Of a stretch of 64,000 bases of DNA, positions 62,467-64,000 are shown in pieces (positions within the stretch are counted from its first letter, which is position 1; every line of letters begins with the position of its first letter). Source of the DNA: an uncultured beta proteobacterium (GTDB lineage: Bacteria; Pseudomonadota; Gammaproteobacteria; Burkholderiales; Gallionellaceae); the NCBI GenBank assembly GCA_963800965.1, contig CAWDCY010000002.1:26708-90707 (forward strand), written 5' to 3'. Both the position numbers and the translations under genes were made by a program. A model generated the notes under the pieces. The model saw nothing but the letters and a program-made list of their open reading frames with translations. It searched no databases and was not told the DNA's origin.

Positions 62467-64000
62467 TTAACACCAGCGGATGCTGTGTTTGGGCGAATAC
62501 TGAAGCGATCGCCCCAGTGACTTTGAAGATGGTTTAGAAGTATCAAGTTTAAGTAGTGCATCGATAATATTTTTATTTTGACATAGATACATGGCTAATC
62601 TAGAAAAGCCTGACGAGTGCCCAGCTGTTACGTTTGCAAAGTAAAGTTCAGTTGATCGACCTAGCGCGATTAGATCGATAATGGAATTGATTGTCGCTTT
62701 CTTGCGTTGTTCATCATCGCTGTGTGTGGTTCTCAAGTGAAGAGGCTTGTTTCCTGTTTGCGGCGTCTGACTGCTGGTCAATACGTTTGATAACGTAAAG
62801 AAATATTTGGCATGTGAAATAACTTCTGCATCATCGCTACATATCAATAATGATTTGTTGTTTGCACTAGGATAAACATCCCGAAATAAATCTTTGTATT
62901 GAGTTTGGTAATCGGTATTTCTGACATGTACCGCAAGGTAATCGTAACCAAGATGTTGAATACGATCTAAAACGATTGGACGAATGTTTTCAGAAATTGA
63001 GATTCTATTAAGCAAATCAAAAGATAAAGTTCCACCACCGGATTGCTCGTGAATTAGAACCAATTCATCATAATTTTTATCAAAATTAAATGTGAGTATT
63101 GCGGTTGTTTCTCTGTCCACATAATTTTTAGAATCTATCGAGTAAACCGCAAAATAAGTTTTTAACTTGCCTTGGACGGAATGTGGAAAACAATTAAGAG
63201 TGTCAAGAAAACACAGCTGCTTCTCTGACAAACTAAAATGAACCTTGGTTAAACTATTCCTTGGTGAAAAAAATTCTGAAAACTCCGCAAGTAAACCAGA
63301 ATTAAGGGTGTCGATAATAAGAGTTCGCCCAAATTTTTCAGCATATCTCCAACATTGCTCAATTTGACAGAGCGTATCATTAAGACCTCCATGTGGTCGG
63401 CAAAGCAAAAATTTTTCAATTTCCTGAGAATGGCCAAGCTCTGGCGATGAAACATTCGTCACGCTAACGCTTATAACGGAAGGCTGAACGAGAGGCTTTG
63501 CTCGGGAAATTACTGATATGCGTTGTGCAAGCCCATCTGCACCAGCTTGAAATGTCGGATTGACTCTTGCTCTCCATGCAAATTCAAGTGCTTCATCATA
63601 TTTATTGGAAGCCTCTAGAATGAGCGCCATGGTCATGCAGAACTCAGCTGCAGACGGATTTATCTCGATTGCCCGTCGGGCCAATTTCTCTGCCGTGGCC
63701 AACTGCCCGTCGTGAAGACTCAGGCGGGCGAGTCCGTGCAAGGCGCTGGGGTCGTCGGGGTACTCTTCAAGCGTTTTATCGAACAAGGTGCGGGAAAGTG
63801 CAACATTCCCGTCATGAAAGGCACGAACTGCCCCCATGCACATCTCCATAAGTCTGCGGGTGTGATAGGAAGATGCGTTGGCCCATTTGGCGCGCAGCAG
63901 ATTTTCCGAACGTAGAATGCGGGGCATATCCCGGTTTGCTCCAGGACCAGTACCTGAGGTACCCAAGTCGGGACGATAATTGAATCCCACTACCGGAACA
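62467..64000 (-). CDS. Multidomain protein: TPR repeats plus NodZ/O-fucosyltransferase-like glycosyltransferase domain; 5' end beyond window
   Basis: Frame stays open to the window edge; TPRs (ALHGLARL...ARRAIEINP); GGLNDTLCQ, AVHVRNTD, ICSDD, DLIAL, SGFS. Confidence 0.7.
   Translation of the reverse strand, partial: VPVVGFNYRPDLGTSGTGPGANRDMPRILRSENLLRAKWANASSYHTRRLMEMCMGAVRAFHDGNVALSRTLFDKTLEEYPDDPSALHGLARLSLHDGQLATAEKLARRAIEINPSAAEFCMTMALILEASNKYDEALEFAWRARVNPTFQAGADGLAQRISVISRAKPLVQPSVISVSVTNVSSPELGHSQEIEKFLLCRPHGGLNDTLCQIEQCWRYAEKFGRTLIIDTLNSGLLAEFSEFFSPRNSLTKVHFSLSEKQLCFLDTLNCFPHSVQGKLKTYFAVYSIDSKNYVDRETTAILTFNFDKNYDELVLIHEQSGGGTLSFDLLNRISISENIRPIVLDRIQHLGYDYLAVHVRNTDYQTQYKDLFRDVYPSANNKSLLICSDDAEVISHAKYFFTLSNVLTSSQTPQTGNKPLHLRTTHSDDEQRKKATINSIIDLIALGRSTELYFANVTAGHSSGFSRLAMYLCQNKNIIDALLKLDTSKPSSKSLGRSLQYSPKHSIRWC

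Overview
Chromosomal window from a betaproteobacterium. Gene order and content (ubiG/gph divergent from gyrA-serC-serA-pheA-hisC-aroF-tyrA, mutL-miaA, split pntA, DUF2309 carbon pump) suggest a chemolithoautotroph of the Gallionellaceae/Nitrosomonadales type; this is inference, not a database result. Housekeeping genes (hemN, nadC, trxC, glgP, rlmM, thiO, pntAAB, miaA, gyrA, aromatic/serine operon, mnmC) alternate with AT-rich accessory patches and small mobile-element scars. Main points: (1) a five-gene inorganic-carbon pump operon, one DabA/DUF2309 subunit plus four complex-I-antiporter-like subunits, followed by Usp and SulP; (2) a cassette-like unit in which an AT-rich orphan gene with one in-frame stop is bracketed by duplicated inverted repeats and GGGGTC...GACCCC hairpins beside a truncated REP-associated tyrosine transposase-like gene; (3) an NfnB-NfnA-like fused flavoprotein, frameshifted four times, upstream of pntAAB; (4) an acyl-synthase / small periplasmic protein / beta-barrel / GGDEF-EAL module; (5) an identical 21-bp palindrome in two divergent promoter regions; (6) a one-base frameshift in mutL that is either a sequencing artefact or a mutator allele. 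No rRNA, tRNA or CRISPR array was seen.
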